64,000 bases of DNA from sequence record MK327932.1, one strand, 5' to 3'. The stretch comes from Escherichia phage vB_EcoM_G2248. Below, piece after piece: positions 51,036 through 60,712 of the stretch. The notes under the pieces are model-generated. The model saw only the letters and a program-made list of their open reading frames with translations, searched no databases and was not told the origin of the DNA. The translations under genes were made by a program, and so were the position numbers. Numbering within the stretch: the first letter of the stretch is position 1; each line of letters starts with the position of its first letter.

Positions 51036-52765
51036 ATGACGCATTAACATCATTTCGCGGGATGCGCAAGGAAGCGGAAGAAAACCCGATTGATAAACTT
51101 AACAAATTAGATAAACTTGATTCTATTGATAATTTGCAAGCCGCTACCGAATTGGTGGCAGAGACAGTAGAACAAAAATCTAATGAAGTTGTTGGTGCGG
51201 TCGAGGATAACACCGCAGCCAATGAATTGACGGCAGAAAATACACAATCTACCGCTGGCAATACACAAAAAACTTATGAAGAATTGCAAAAACTCAATAA
51301 TTTCTCTTCTCAGATGAATGAGAAATTACGTGGTTTTGGTGTTATGATGGAACGTAGATTTGGTGTTGTCAGTAAAATGGCTAGCGGTATTGGTGCGATT
51401 GAAGAAGCATTGAAAAAACCGGAACAACCGCAAACAATGCCATCACCTCAGCCAGTTTTGCCTACTGTACCGGAACAGCCTAACAATGACAACTATCAAG
51501 GTCTTCCAAAGAAAAAACCAGATGTTGAGGAACGGAAGAAAAAGAACGCCGCAGATAAGCGTAATGCTGATTCTATGGAAAATCTTCTTAAAGTTGTTCG
51601 TGGAGGATTTAAAGAAACCATAGGTATCTCTAATAAGGTCTTAGGGATGTTATTTAAGATCACTTTGACCGCTATGGCAGAAGCCGCAAAATGGGGTGCT
51701 ATTTTGATGGGTATTGTTTTTGTCATTGATACCCTGATGGTTCATTTCAGATATTGGAGTGATTTATTCGAAACAAAATTCAAGGAATTTATGGATAAGG
51801 CCGGAGGATGGGCTGGTCCTATTAGCGATATTTTAACTACTGTTCGTCAGGTTCGAGATTATTGGTCTAAAGGAGAATATAAAGAATTAATTAAATCGCT
51901 GGTTATGGGTATTGGTGATGCGTTCTATAAAACCTTTATCCAACTTGATCGAATTATCACTACTGGTATTGCTAAAATTCTTCGCATGATCCCTGGTATG
52001 GGTGATTATGCCGATAATTTAGAATACGGTGCTTTAAAATCTGCTGTTGCTAAAGGCTATAAGCCAAATGAAAGAGAACTCGAATTAATGGATAAGGTCG
52101 AGTCTGAACACGAAGAAGACAAATATGGAGAGCGCACAGGATGGACAGGAAAAGCCCGTGATATTGGCGAGGCCATAGGCGAATCTATTAAAGATAAATT
52201 TAATGAAGGTCTTGTTAGTCTGGGCTGGAGAGATCAAAAGGATGTTGACGCAGAGAAACGACAAGAAGAATTAAAACGCGGGGAATACAAGTCTGTTTCT
52301 GCTGAACAACGATCTGCTAGTCGTAAACTTAAAATTAAAAGCGAGGGAGCGATCAATAATATTAATGAAGTTATGGAGAATTTGAGCGGTGACTATGACA
52401 AAGAAAGAATGGAAGAGTTGAAAAAGGATATTGATGTTTACCGTGAGCAAGTTCAAGATCCTACATTAGTTGAAAGTGACCGTTCTCAGTTAGAGCGTCT
52501 TATTGAAAAATTTGATGAGATGTATGCTGATAAAACTAAGGGTGTGGTTCCAACTAATCCTGTTCCTGCAACTGAAACGGAAACAGCAAAACAAGCGGAA
52601 CGTACTGAACAAATGCAGAAACAAGCTGCAATCCAGCAACAAACGACAAATCAGACCTCAAACGTAAATAATACACAAATTGTAACAAACAATAGAACTA
52701 TTAAACAGGGTGCACCAACAACTAGAATTGATGCCCCAGGTACAATTAATATGGGGAACTTTTAA
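51032..52765 (+). CDS. 29: gp29 baseplate hub / tail length determinator
   Basis: 577 aa (T4 590 aa), synteny. Confidence 0.7.
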   Translation: MNDALTSFRGMRKEAEENPIDKLNKLDKLDSIDNLQAATELVAETVEQKSNEVVGAVEDNTAANELTAENTQSTAGNTQKTYEELQKLNNFSSQMNEKLRGFGVMMERRFGVVSKMASGIGAIEEALKKPEQPQTMPSPQPVLPTVPEQPNNDNYQGLPKKKPDVEERKKKNAADKRNADSMENLLKVVRGGFKETIGISNKVLGMLFKITLTAMAEAAKWGAILMGIVFVIDTLMVHFRYWSDLFETKFKEFMDKAGGWAGPISDILTTVRQVRDYWSKGEYKELIKSLVMGIGDAFYKTFIQLDRIITTGIAKILRMIPGMGDYADNLEYGALKSAVAKGYKPNERELELMDKVESEHEEDKYGERTGWTGKARDIGEAIGESIKDKFNEGLVSLGWRDQKDVDAEKRQEELKRGEYKSVSAEQRSASRKLKIKSEGAINNINEVMENLSGDYDKERMEELKKDIDVYREQVQDPTLVESDRSQLERLIEKFDEMYADKTKGVVPTNPVPATETETAKQAERTEQMQKQAAIQQQTTNQTSNVNNTQIVTNNRTIKQGAPTTRIDAPGTINMGNF

Positions 52766-53823
52766 TGAAAATTAGTGTTATCAATGATGCCGTTGATAGC
52801 TTTAAAGCGGGGGTTAAAACCTCCGCTGGTTTTACCTCAAAAAATAAAGGGAAAACATTAACCGCTCAATTCCCCGCTGAACGTGCTAGCGGTAATGATT
52901 CTAGCGGTTATTATATCAACGACTTATATAATAATGGTCTGTTATTCACTGCATACGATTACACATCTCGTACTACTGGATCGTTGCGTGATTTCAGGAA
53001 AAAGAAAAATGTTGCTAGCGGTTTTGGCGGTAGCGTTAATATCGCTGGTTTTGATTTAAATTTGGGTGGGAGAAATGCTGCATTTGACCGAGAGGCAATT
53101 GCTAATATTCTTCTTCCTCGTAGTCAATCTGACGTTGACGCTGCCAGCCATAAGTTTAATGATGTTGGTGAATCTGTTATTTCTCGCGGCGGTGGTACTT
53201 TAGGCGGTGCTCTTTCTAATATGGCATCTACTGCCGTTTTTGGTGGTATCGAAAGTATTACTGGTGGATACCTTGCCGATCACGGTGAACAGATTTATAA
53301 TACGGCGCGAAGCATGTATGCGGGTGCTGACGCACGAACGAAAAACTACGTATGGCATCTAACCCCACGTAGTATTGAAGACCTTCGCAATATTCTGATC
53401 ATATACGAAACGTTTTTAGAGTTGTCTTATGGTTCTAGTGGTATTTCCAGCACCGCAAAAGAATTAAAAGCGGAAGTTGATGCGTGGTATAAAAATACAC
53501 TATTGAGCAAATCCACTCCAGCCGAGGCAAAGAGAAATGATACGCTGTTTGAAGGGATCACCGATTTTCTATCAAACGTAATTACTGTATCTAACCCGAC
53601 AATATGGATGATCTCTAACTTCGGCAAGCGTACATCGTTTGAAGGGCGTAGCGATGCATTTGGTCCCGCTCAGATCTCAAGTGTACGTCTGGACAAGTCG
53701 CCTGATGGTAAGTTTAATGGCCTTGCTATTTCTCCTAACTTGCCGAGTACCTTTGTTCTGGAAGTATCATTTAGAGAGATCTTGACACTTTCCCGTGGTA
53801 CTATATTTGGGAGTGCGGCATAA
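52765..53823 (+). CDS. 48: gp48 baseplate tail tube cap
   Basis: 352 aa (T4 364 aa), synteny. Confidence 0.7.
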   Translation: MKISVINDAVDSFKAGVKTSAGFTSKNKGKTLTAQFPAERASGNDSSGYYINDLYNNGLLFTAYDYTSRTTGSLRDFRKKKNVASGFGGSVNIAGFDLNLGGRNAAFDREAIANILLPRSQSDVDAASHKFNDVGESVISRGGGTLGGALSNMASTAVFGGIESITGGYLADHGEQIYNTARSMYAGADARTKNYVWHLTPRSIEDLRNILIIYETFLELSYGSSGISSTAKELKAEVDAWYKNTLLSKSTPAEAKRNDTLFEGITDFLSNVITVSNPTIWMISNFGKRTSFEGRSDAFGPAQISSVRLDKSPDGKFNGLAISPNLPSTFVLEVSFREILTLSRGTIFGSAA

Positions 53824-54755
53824 TGTTTGATTTAAATGATTTTAACGAACAAGCCGCTAACCTTGACTTTCAGCGATCTAACTTATTCAGCGTGGCATTT
53901 GCCACCACTCCAAGTAATAAGACACAAGCGATCCTAGAAAGTATGGGTGGTGCGGTATATGATATTATACCAAATGCATTAAATGACTATTTCGGGATTA
54001 CTCGTGGTGATTATACTGACGCATTAACAAATCTTGCTGTACAGGGTGTTAGGCGTGCTGTTGATTCATCTGGTGTCAAAAAGTATCTTTTAGGTGCAAT
54101 GTCATCCCGCGTAGTTCAATCTCTTCTGGGGCAATTTGATGTTGGTACATATGCGCTTGACTGGTTCAATATGGCATATAAGACAAACGGTCTTCTGGTG
54201 TATGCTGTTAAGGTTCCAGAAAACAGATTGAATTATGAAATGGACCGTAACCACAATGCGCCAAACATTCGAATTACCGGACGTGATTTTGATCCGCTTG
54301 TATTGAGCTTTAGAATGGACTCTAGCGCATCAAACTATAGAGCAATGCAGGATTGGGTTAACTCAGTAGAAGACCCCGTTACAGGGCTTCGTGCGCTTCC
54401 TGTTGACGTTGAAGCAGATATTCAGGTCAACTTACATAACCGAATGGGAGTTCCTCACACGATCATGATGTTTAATGGTTGTGTTCCTGTTGGTGTGAGT
54501 GCACCGGAATTAAACTATGAAAACAACAACGAAATCACAACATTCGATGTTACTTTCGCATATCGTTCTATGCAAACTGGTGCTGTAGGAGAGCAAGCCG
54601 CGCGAGAATGGATTGAGGATAAGGCAATAAACGCAATAACAAACACTTTCGGCAATAATTTACTTGATAGTGGGTTATCTGCTGCTGGTAATGCTTTATC
54701 GCGTCTAAATGGCGTTGGTGGGCGTGTGGTGAATACTGTCACTAACTGGTTCTGA
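53823..54755 (+). CDS. 54: gp54 baseplate tail tube initiator
   Basis: 310 aa (T4 320 aa), synteny. Confidence 0.7.
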   Translation: MFDLNDFNEQAANLDFQRSNLFSVAFATTPSNKTQAILESMGGAVYDIIPNALNDYFGITRGDYTDALTNLAVQGVRRAVDSSGVKKYLLGAMSSRVVQSLLGQFDVGTYALDWFNMAYKTNGLLVYAVKVPENRLNYEMDRNHNAPNIRITGRDFDPLVLSFRMDSSASNYRAMQDWVNSVEDPVTGLRALPVDVEADIQVNLHNRMGVPHTIMMFNGCVPVGVSAPELNYENNNEITTFDVTFAYRSMQTGAVGEQAAREWIEDKAINAITNTFGNNLLDSGLSAAGNALSRLNGVGGRVVNTVTNWF

Positions 54756-54761
54756 TAAGCG

Positions 54762-54792
54762 AAAGGCGGGGATTATCCCCGCCTTTTTATTT
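54762..54792. terminator. terminator after gp54 (AGGCGGGGAT-t-ATCCCCGCCT + T-run)
   Basis: 10-bp perfect stem followed by TTTTTATTTT. Confidence 0.7.
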
Positions 54793-55272
54793 TGCTAAAT
54801 CATTGCAGTATTTTAGTGCCTTAGTTTGAAATTCTGCGCTGTTAAGTTCTTCATAACGGTCATAATCACCGTTTAATGCTGCCTTTCTTGCTTCTTGCTC
54901 TATCTGCATGTCAGACATGATAATACAGCGATCCCGTGCTTTCAGCTTCTCAAGTTGTATAGACTCTTCTTTCTGTTTGCGCAATTCTTCTTGACGCTTC
55001 TTTTCTTCTCGTGCTTTCTCTTCCCGCGCTTCTTTGATTGCATCCTTGAACATCTGCGTTTGTGGTGCTAAACCAACTTTAACGCGATCCACGTCTCGAC
55101 GTTCCATTTTAGAAATAAAGCATGATTCGATCTGATCATCACTTGCATATGCTGCTTTACATTCACGAAGCAAGAAAACCGGATCTGATTTAGCATTCAT
55201 CATAGCTTCCATGTTGGCACAACCAGTAAGCATGAATGCAGCCGCAAGACCAATCAGTTTAATCATTTTCAT
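54787..55272 (-). CDS. putative lipoprotein with coiled-coil region
   Basis: signal peptide plus lipobox LTGC near N-terminus; E/K-rich helical segment. Confidence 0.55.
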   Translation of the reverse strand: MKMIKLIGLAAAFMLTGCANMEAMMNAKSDPVFLLRECKAAYASDDQIESCFISKMERRDVDRVKVGLAPQTQMFKDAIKEAREEKAREEKKRQEELRKQKEESIQLEKLKARDRCIIMSDMQIEQEARKAALNGDYDRYEELNSAEFQTKALKYCNDLAK

Positions 55273-56093
55273 TTAGTCACCTCACCGAAAATTGTAAATT
55301 GTCTACGATTCTCATCGCCGAAAGATTCTACTACGTCGTTTACCTTGACGCAAGTCCCGCGCGGTAAAATTACTTCACATTCGCAAGGATTCCATGCAAT
55401 TGACCCAACAACAAAACCTTTATGATCTTTTACGTCAATTACCCATGATACATTACAAGAATGTTGCATCTTTCCGGTCATTGATTCATATCGATTCTCA
55501 CAATAAAGGCTAGTGCTGTTTGATAGCCATCCTCCAAAGATGATCGGTGTCATGCTGGTCGATACAAAGTTTTTAAAGGTAAACTCCTTATCTTCAATGA
55601 TGCGCTCTATTGTCTGAATGTCAAGATGTTGACCGCGATAAAGAGTACCGTTTAACTTTTCGGTTTTATCCATGACACAATCCATCAAATCAACAATCTC
55701 TGATATCTCATCGGTCATGTCTTCTTCCCCTAAGAGAGCACCATTTACCCATTCGTATTGTTCAGATACATAATCACAGATTGCATTATATTCTGCTGGG
55801 GTTATGTTGTTATGTTTGTAATGTTTGAATACATTATCTCCAAAGTCTTCGGAGTGTACTTCATACATCACATTAATGATTTTCTTGACAAATCCATAAT
55901 CTTGTGTCTCGCGCTCAAGGAAGCGGATAACCTTCACATAATCATCAAAGTTAATCTGATCGCTGATCATCTCAGTGATCATGTAACCATTAATACCCTC
56001 AATGTCATATGTTTCGATGTAATTATCCATACGTTCCATCATTGATTCGCGTGATTCTTCTGAAAGACGAAAATCCTGTAATTTCTTGAACAT
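55269..56093 (-). CDS. ADP-ribosyltransferase paralog (Alt/Mod-like catalytic domain)
   Basis: R-STS-ExE signature: LYRGQ, FVSTSMT, NPCECEVILPRG. Confidence 0.65.
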   Translation of the reverse strand: MFKKLQDFRLSEESRESMMERMDNYIETYDIEGINGYMITEMISDQINFDDYVKVIRFLERETQDYGFVKKIINVMYEVHSEDFGDNVFKHYKHNNITPAEYNAICDYVSEQYEWVNGALLGEEDMTDEISEIVDLMDCVMDKTEKLNGTLYRGQHLDIQTIERIIEDKEFTFKNFVSTSMTPIIFGGWLSNSTSLYCENRYESMTGKMQHSCNVSWVIDVKDHKGFVVGSIAWNPCECEVILPRGTCVKVNDVVESFGDENRRQFTIFGEVTK

Positions 56094-56171
56094 TTTAAAC
56101 CTCCCATATAACAGAAAACGGGGCTAGTATAAAACTAGTCCCCGTTTGAGTCAACCATTATTTCTTAAAAA

Positions 56172-58223
56172 TTACATTTTAAATTTATCTGGCATTGCGT
56201 CTACAGATACCAGATCAGCGATAAGCTGACGTAGAGTTGCCTTATCTGCTTTCTTACGTTCGGTTTTAGCTTCGCTAATGAAGCTGGAGAAAGACAGGTC
56301 AGAAGCAGGTTTAACAACACCTTCACGGATGAATGCATCACCGTCCGCGATCATCTCGCCAGATTCTTGTAATGCTGCCAGTTCATTTTTGTTCATAATA
56401 TGTGCCTCAATGTAATAAGTTTCTTGTGAATCCGTCGATGCCGTAGCACGAGTTACCGTATCAAAGGATAACACAACACCGCGAGGAAGTAAAATCTCGC
56501 ATTCTTTGTAAGCAAATGCTTTGTTACCTACTGGCAAGACAGGGATGTTTTCCGCGCCAGCAATGGAGAAAGCAACATTAGCGCCACCTTCACCGCGAGA
56601 GCCAGCCATAGAATCAACACCAGCAACGGCACTAGCCACGTTTGCATTCCAGCCGCCAAAAATGTTAGGTGCAAGGGAAGTGCTCACATAGTTTTTAAAG
56701 TAAAACGCTTTTTGCTTACGTGCAGTTTCCCACATTTGCGACCGGAAGTCCATACCACGATACAGAATAGTACCCGGATCAAGTTTAACGCCATAGTTGG
56801 AGAAGGCATTATCCAGTGCATCGCACATCTTGACCAATTCTTCTGGATCTGAGATGCCTTCAAACTCTTCCAGCTTACGATCAGTTAGGAAGTTGTTCAT
56901 ATTGATGTATGCTGCATCGGCATATTCGCTCAACACAAAACCTTCCGCGCCTGGCAGATCAAGATCAATATCTGCCATCATTTCACCCATGTTACTAGCA
57001 ATTGCTTCAAACATACCGGAAGCAACATTACGCAGGGCATCGGTTTTAATCTGGGTGATATGACTACGCAGCATTTCAGCTTTTACATCTGCTGGCATAG
57101 ACTGGTCTACTCGATCCATTGCCAGGGCGGTGATCTTGTTTTCGAATACTTCCTCGCTCATGATTTCTTTTAAGCGTTTGATTGATGCTGCGATAACTTC
57201 CGCAGACAACGGATCATATTGATCCTGAACTTTTACCAGTTCGCTTACTGCGTATTTTGCATCGGCTTCGCTTTCAAAAATAGTACGCATGAAACCATAG
57301 CGAGTGATAATATCACTTGTCCAGTCATTCAGAGAACGGGCGGTTGAACGTTCTAAGGCTTGACGATCAATCAGAGTATTAAACTGTTTCTTAGGTTCGG
57401 CTTCGGTGATATCTTCTTCCGGTTTAAGATTAATTTTTTCTGGATGATTCACATAGTCGCTGTTATAGGTCGCTTGAGTTTTCAGCATTTCTTCTTTAGT
57501 CAAACGAGATTTAGCCGCTACGCGTTGTTCCGCTTCCGCGTTTCGTTCTTCTTCTGACACCAGACTAGCCGCATACGCCTCATCTTTAGTCAGAGATTCA
57601 CCAGTAGCCTTAGATACCCAGCGATCACCTAAATCACTTTCTACTTTAGTGAACAAGGAATCATCAAGTTTAATCCCTTTAATCTTATCAATCGCCATAC
57701 CGCGACGCTTGACAACAACTAAAGCGATCTTTTTGCTGGTCATTACTTCCTGCTGGAATACTTCAAACTTCGGTGTACGACGCACCAAACGCTCTATAAC
57801 GCGCTTAACCAGTTCGGTCTTACCTTTCATGCGGGATACGTTAAAACGGAACATAACAGCGTCTAATTGCGCTTTACGGGCTGTTTCCATAACCACATCA
57901 AAAGCACTTGCCATAACTGCAATCGGGTTATCGCCTAGACCATTTTTAAGCTGTACAATACGACCGCTTTTGTTCATTTCGCACAGTACAACATGTGCGG
58001 TCTTGTCACCCATACGAATGATTTTAGGTGTTTTGTTGGTGAAGTTACAAAGACGGACAATCACATCTTTATCGCGTGTCTGTACTGCAAAAAGCTGTTT
58101 AGGATTCTGCTTAGGCTTTAAGCACTGTACCGGAGCAATACTGCCAAAGTTTTCTTCCTCTTCCGTCAACAGCCATTTCTCGAAAGATTCAATCATTAGA
58201 TCGTCGATTTCTAAGTTAAACAT
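56172..58223 (-). CDS. alt: Alt-like ADP-ribosyltransferase (packaged internal head protein)
   Basis: 683 aa (T4 Alt 682 aa); ILYRGM, YVSTSLAP, AYKECEILLPRG. Confidence 0.8.
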   Translation of the reverse strand: MFNLEIDDLMIESFEKWLLTEEEENFGSIAPVQCLKPKQNPKQLFAVQTRDKDVIVRLCNFTNKTPKIIRMGDKTAHVVLCEMNKSGRIVQLKNGLGDNPIAVMASAFDVVMETARKAQLDAVMFRFNVSRMKGKTELVKRVIERLVRRTPKFEVFQQEVMTSKKIALVVVKRRGMAIDKIKGIKLDDSLFTKVESDLGDRWVSKATGESLTKDEAYAASLVSEEERNAEAEQRVAAKSRLTKEEMLKTQATYNSDYVNHPEKINLKPEEDITEAEPKKQFNTLIDRQALERSTARSLNDWTSDIITRYGFMRTIFESEADAKYAVSELVKVQDQYDPLSAEVIAASIKRLKEIMSEEVFENKITALAMDRVDQSMPADVKAEMLRSHITQIKTDALRNVASGMFEAIASNMGEMMADIDLDLPGAEGFVLSEYADAAYINMNNFLTDRKLEEFEGISDPEELVKMCDALDNAFSNYGVKLDPGTILYRGMDFRSQMWETARKQKAFYFKNYVSTSLAPNIFGGWNANVASAVAGVDSMAGSRGEGGANVAFSIAGAENIPVLPVGNKAFAYKECEILLPRGVVLSFDTVTRATASTDSQETYYIEAHIMNKNELAALQESGEMIADGDAFIREGVVKPASDLSFSSFISEAKTERKKADKATLRQLIADLVSVDAMPDKFKM

Positions 58224-58261
58224 TTTATATCCTCTAGTTGATAACCTATAAACCTATATTT

Positions 58262-58290
58262 ATGAAAACGGGGCTTAACGCCCCCTTTTA
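58262..58290. terminator. terminator hairpin (GGGGC-ttaac-GCCCC) flanked by A/T runs
   Basis: serves minus-strand gene 58291-58503; T-runs on both strands. Confidence 0.6.
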
Positions 58291-58503
58291 TTATAATGCA
58301 CCAGCAAGCAATTGCTCTAAGGTGTATCCTGAATAGTCTTTTTCAATCAGGGTATATTTTCCTACTCGTTTAATCCAGCCACGCATTTCAACGTATTCTG
58401 CGTAGTTGATGGTACGAGTTGTTCCATCTTCTAGCAAAGCAGTACCGATTTCGTTAATGCGGTCATAAGTTACGTCGGTAATGATGATTTCGATGTTAGC
58501 CAT
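58291..58503 (-). CDS. hypothetical 70-aa early protein
   Basis: behind early promoter cassette; starts MANIE- like gene 60385-60636. Confidence 0.5.
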   Translation of the reverse strand: MANIEIIITDVTYDRINEIGTALLEDGTTRTINYAEYVEMRGWIKRVGKYTLIEKDYSGYTLEQLLAGAL

Positions 58504-58539
58504 TTGATACTCCTTAGTAGTTCGTTTCGGTATGGGTGT

Positions 58540-58568
58540 ATTATGATATACACCCTCTGTTATGTCAA
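58540..58568 (-). promoter_or_regulatory. sigma70-type early promoter (TTGACA-N17-CATAAT, minus strand)
   Basis: plus strand shows attatg..tgtcaa; conserved leader cataccgaaacgaa and RBS follow. Confidence 0.6.
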
Positions 58569-58581
58569 CAACTTTTAGAAC

Positions 58582-58755
58582 ATTTTTGAAATTAATTCTG
58601 CTTTGATTTCGCAGAGAACATCTAAAGATTTCTCGTCACCCGCTTTTGCTGCTTCTGCTTGCATTTTTGAAATGGCTTCAATCTCAGTGCAATTATAAGC
58701 CGCTTGAACTTTAGCGATTGCGATGATTGCCGATTCGATGGTTAAGTGTTTCATG
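58582..58755 (-). CDS. small hypothetical early protein (57 aa)
   Basis: ATG behind conserved leader and GGAGAA RBS; below ORF-track cutoff. Confidence 0.4.
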
Positions 58756-58786
58756 TTTGATTCTCCTTTCGTTTCGGTATGTGTGC

Positions 58787-58815
58787 ATTATAGGGGATCG
58801 GTGACCCCCTGTCAA
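58787..58815 (-). promoter_or_regulatory. sigma70-type early promoter (TTGACA-N17-TATAAT, minus strand)
   Basis: perfect consensus hexamers; palindromic GC-rich spacer. Confidence 0.65.
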
Positions 58816-58822
58816 CAACTTT

Positions 58823-59341
58823 TTAGTTATTTTTTAATTGTTCATCTTGCAATAATGCAATCACATGCTGGCGATGTTCTTCCGATTGAGGCACACCGAA
58901 AAAGTTTGTTTTGTAGAAATACTCTAATCGGTCTTCTCGTGTGCTCTCTTCCATCATGATCGCGGGTAGTCCGAGATTTCGGAAACGTCGCTTTTCTGCT
59001 GGCGTAAAATCACTGTAATACAACATAGAATCATCATTACCAGCAATGCTAAACTCATCATTCATGAAGGAGAATATTGCGTTTAAACGCTGTTTACCGT
59101 CCACGATTTCGATCTCATAGCGAGAGCCATCATCAATCTTAGCCATTGCGATAGCACCAACCGGAAAATCATTAATCAGGTTTTCGATAAACATACGTTT
59201 GTTTTCGGTGTCCCATACCAAAGGACGCTGATAATCTGGGTTCATGTTGATATATCCATCTTCTAACCACGCCTCATAAACAGAGATGACAAAGTTTTTA
59301 GTATTGGTATAGTAACGGCGTTTAGGCGTTAAACGGTTCAT
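58823..59341 (-). CDS. stand-alone DUF262 (ParB/Srx-like) domain protein
   Basis: PDYQRPLVWD, FIENLINDFPVGAI and EIVDGKQRLNAI match the DUF262 signature (YQR..W / DGQQRL); start at ATG ~59341 preferred. Confidence 0.6.
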   Translation of the reverse strand: MNRLTPKRRYYTNTKNFVISVYEAWLEDGYINMNPDYQRPLVWDTENKRMFIENLINDFPVGAIAMAKIDDGSRYEIEIVDGKQRLNAIFSFMNDEFSIAGNDDSMLYYSDFTPAEKRRFRNLGLPAIMMEESTREDRLEYFYKTNFFGVPQSEEHRQHVIALLQDEQLKNN

Positions 59342-59342
59342 G

Positions 59343-59675
59343 TTATAGTCTCCTGAATGGATCATCACGTAAATCAATATCTTTTAAGAACTCATCCCAT
59401 GAATGGCGGATATTGTTCTTAATTCTCCAGATAAGCGCAGGGATTGAACGCTCTCCCATCTGGAAGTATGGATCATATGATCCGTATGCCCAATATGCTA
59501 CTACAATTCCACAATCAGCGCAATAGTATTCTATTTCACTTGCTGGCGACCAAAGTCCATCAATATGATCGGTGATCTTGCTTTCGATGTTATGGCTATG
59601 ACAATCAGGGCAACGGATGCAATGACCTTGTTTATCGTAATTTGACGTTAGCGAATACTTAAACAATCTCATCAT
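59343..59675 (-). CDS. zinc-finger-like small protein (110 aa)
   Basis: CIRCPDCHSH ... CADCG Cys pairs; overlaps neighbours by 4 nt. Confidence 0.5.
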   Translation of the reverse strand: MMRLFKYSLTSNYDKQGHCIRCPDCHSHNIESKITDHIDGLWSPASEIEYYCADCGIVVAYWAYGSYDPYFQMGERSIPALIWRIKNNIRHSWDEFLKDIDLRDDPFRRL

Positions 59676-60388
59676 AGATCCTTATTTGCTTCAAATACTG
59701 CCTTTGCGAATCCTCGCGGGGTAAGTGACCTGATAGTCTTTGTTTTCGTTCCTTTCCCGCCTAGCTTAGAATGCTGTTTACTGTACCCTTTATTAATCTG
59801 CAAAGGTTTCTTTTCTGGCATTATAAAGCCTTGTCCGGTCCATAAGCAAGTCTTTTTCGGGTACATATCACGGGCGGCAATATACTCAGGAAAAGTAGGA
59901 TGTTTATCATCTTCCGGCAAATAACCGCCATATTCCCACGGATGGAACATATAATCAGGCTTACGCCACATGCTAGAGATAACGCTTACAGGATTCTCTA
60001 TCATGTAGGGAACTCCTAGCCATTCACCCAAATAAGCGGTTATTTTAGCTGCCCTTACATCATGAACTTGAATCAATGGTCCTTGCTCTCGTTTCTTTCG
60101 TTCAAAGTGTGCAGCGCCACTAACAGCTAAATTGGTGCACGGTGGGAATGCAAAGATAATATCCGGTTTCCCCCATTCAAGGTCCATTGCTCTTTCCAGC
60201 CAGTTCAAATCAATCCATGTGTTTACATAGGTAATGTTTGGATGTTCAAATCGGGTATTATACTTTTTGTATGTACCGTGGTCGCCATCGTCAGCATTAA
60301 AGCAGATCACCTTATGACCTGCTTTAGCCCATTCTAACCCCATTATCCCCGATCCGTCAAAGTTGCAGAATATTAATTTTTGTTTCAC
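59672..60388 (-). CDS. minimal C5-methyltransferase-like protein (238 aa; motifs I, IV, VI, no obvious target-recognition domain)
   Basis: FCNFDGSGIMGLEWAKAG (FxGxG), IIFAFPPCTNLAVSG (PC catalytic Cys), YMIENPVSV (ENV-like); GTG start overlapping upstream stop. Confidence 0.5.
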   Translation of the reverse strand: MKQKLIFCNFDGSGIMGLEWAKAGHKVICFNADDGDHGTYKKYNTRFEHPNITYVNTWIDLNWLERAMDLEWGKPDIIFAFPPCTNLAVSGAAHFERKKREQGPLIQVHDVRAAKITAYLGEWLGVPYMIENPVSVISSMWRKPDYMFHPWEYGGYLPEDDKHPTFPEYIAARDMYPKKTCLWTGQGFIMPEKKPLQINKGYSKQHSKLGGKGTKTKTIRSLTPRGFAKAVFEANKDL

Positions 60389-60636
60389 GCTGCCCCCATT
60401 GGTTTGATAGTAACAGAATCTAAAAGACCTTTGTTAGCCAGTTCGCGGCAAGTTTTCAGATCCGCAACTTCCCAGCCAGCCGCAATCAGGTTGTCAATGA
60501 GGCTGTTAGCAACTTCTTCGCTCATGAAAGAGCACTGTTTGCCGATGGTGTAGCGTACACGCTGTAATTTCAGTTTACGGAAGCCTTTAACGTTCAGGTC
60601 TTTAGCGATTTTCTTTGCGGTTTCGATGTTAGCCAT
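60385..60636 (-). CDS. hypothetical 83-aa early protein
   Basis: first gene after promoter 60677-60705; starts MANIE-. Confidence 0.5.
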   Translation of the reverse strand: MANIETAKKIAKDLNVKGFRKLKLQRVRYTIGKQCSFMSEEVANSLIDNLIAAGWEVADLKTCRELANKGLLDSVTIKPMGAA

Positions 60637-60676
60637 TGTTTGATTCTCCTAAGTGGTATCTCGTCTTGATGGTTGC

Positions 60677-60705
60677 ATTGTAGGGGAGTTATCCTCCCCT
60701 GTCAA
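60677..60705 (-). promoter_or_regulatory. sigma70-type early promoter (TTGACA-N17-TACAAT, minus strand)
   Basis: palindromic spacer ggggaggataactcccc; conserved leader. Confidence 0.6.
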
Positions 60706-60712
60706 CACTTTT

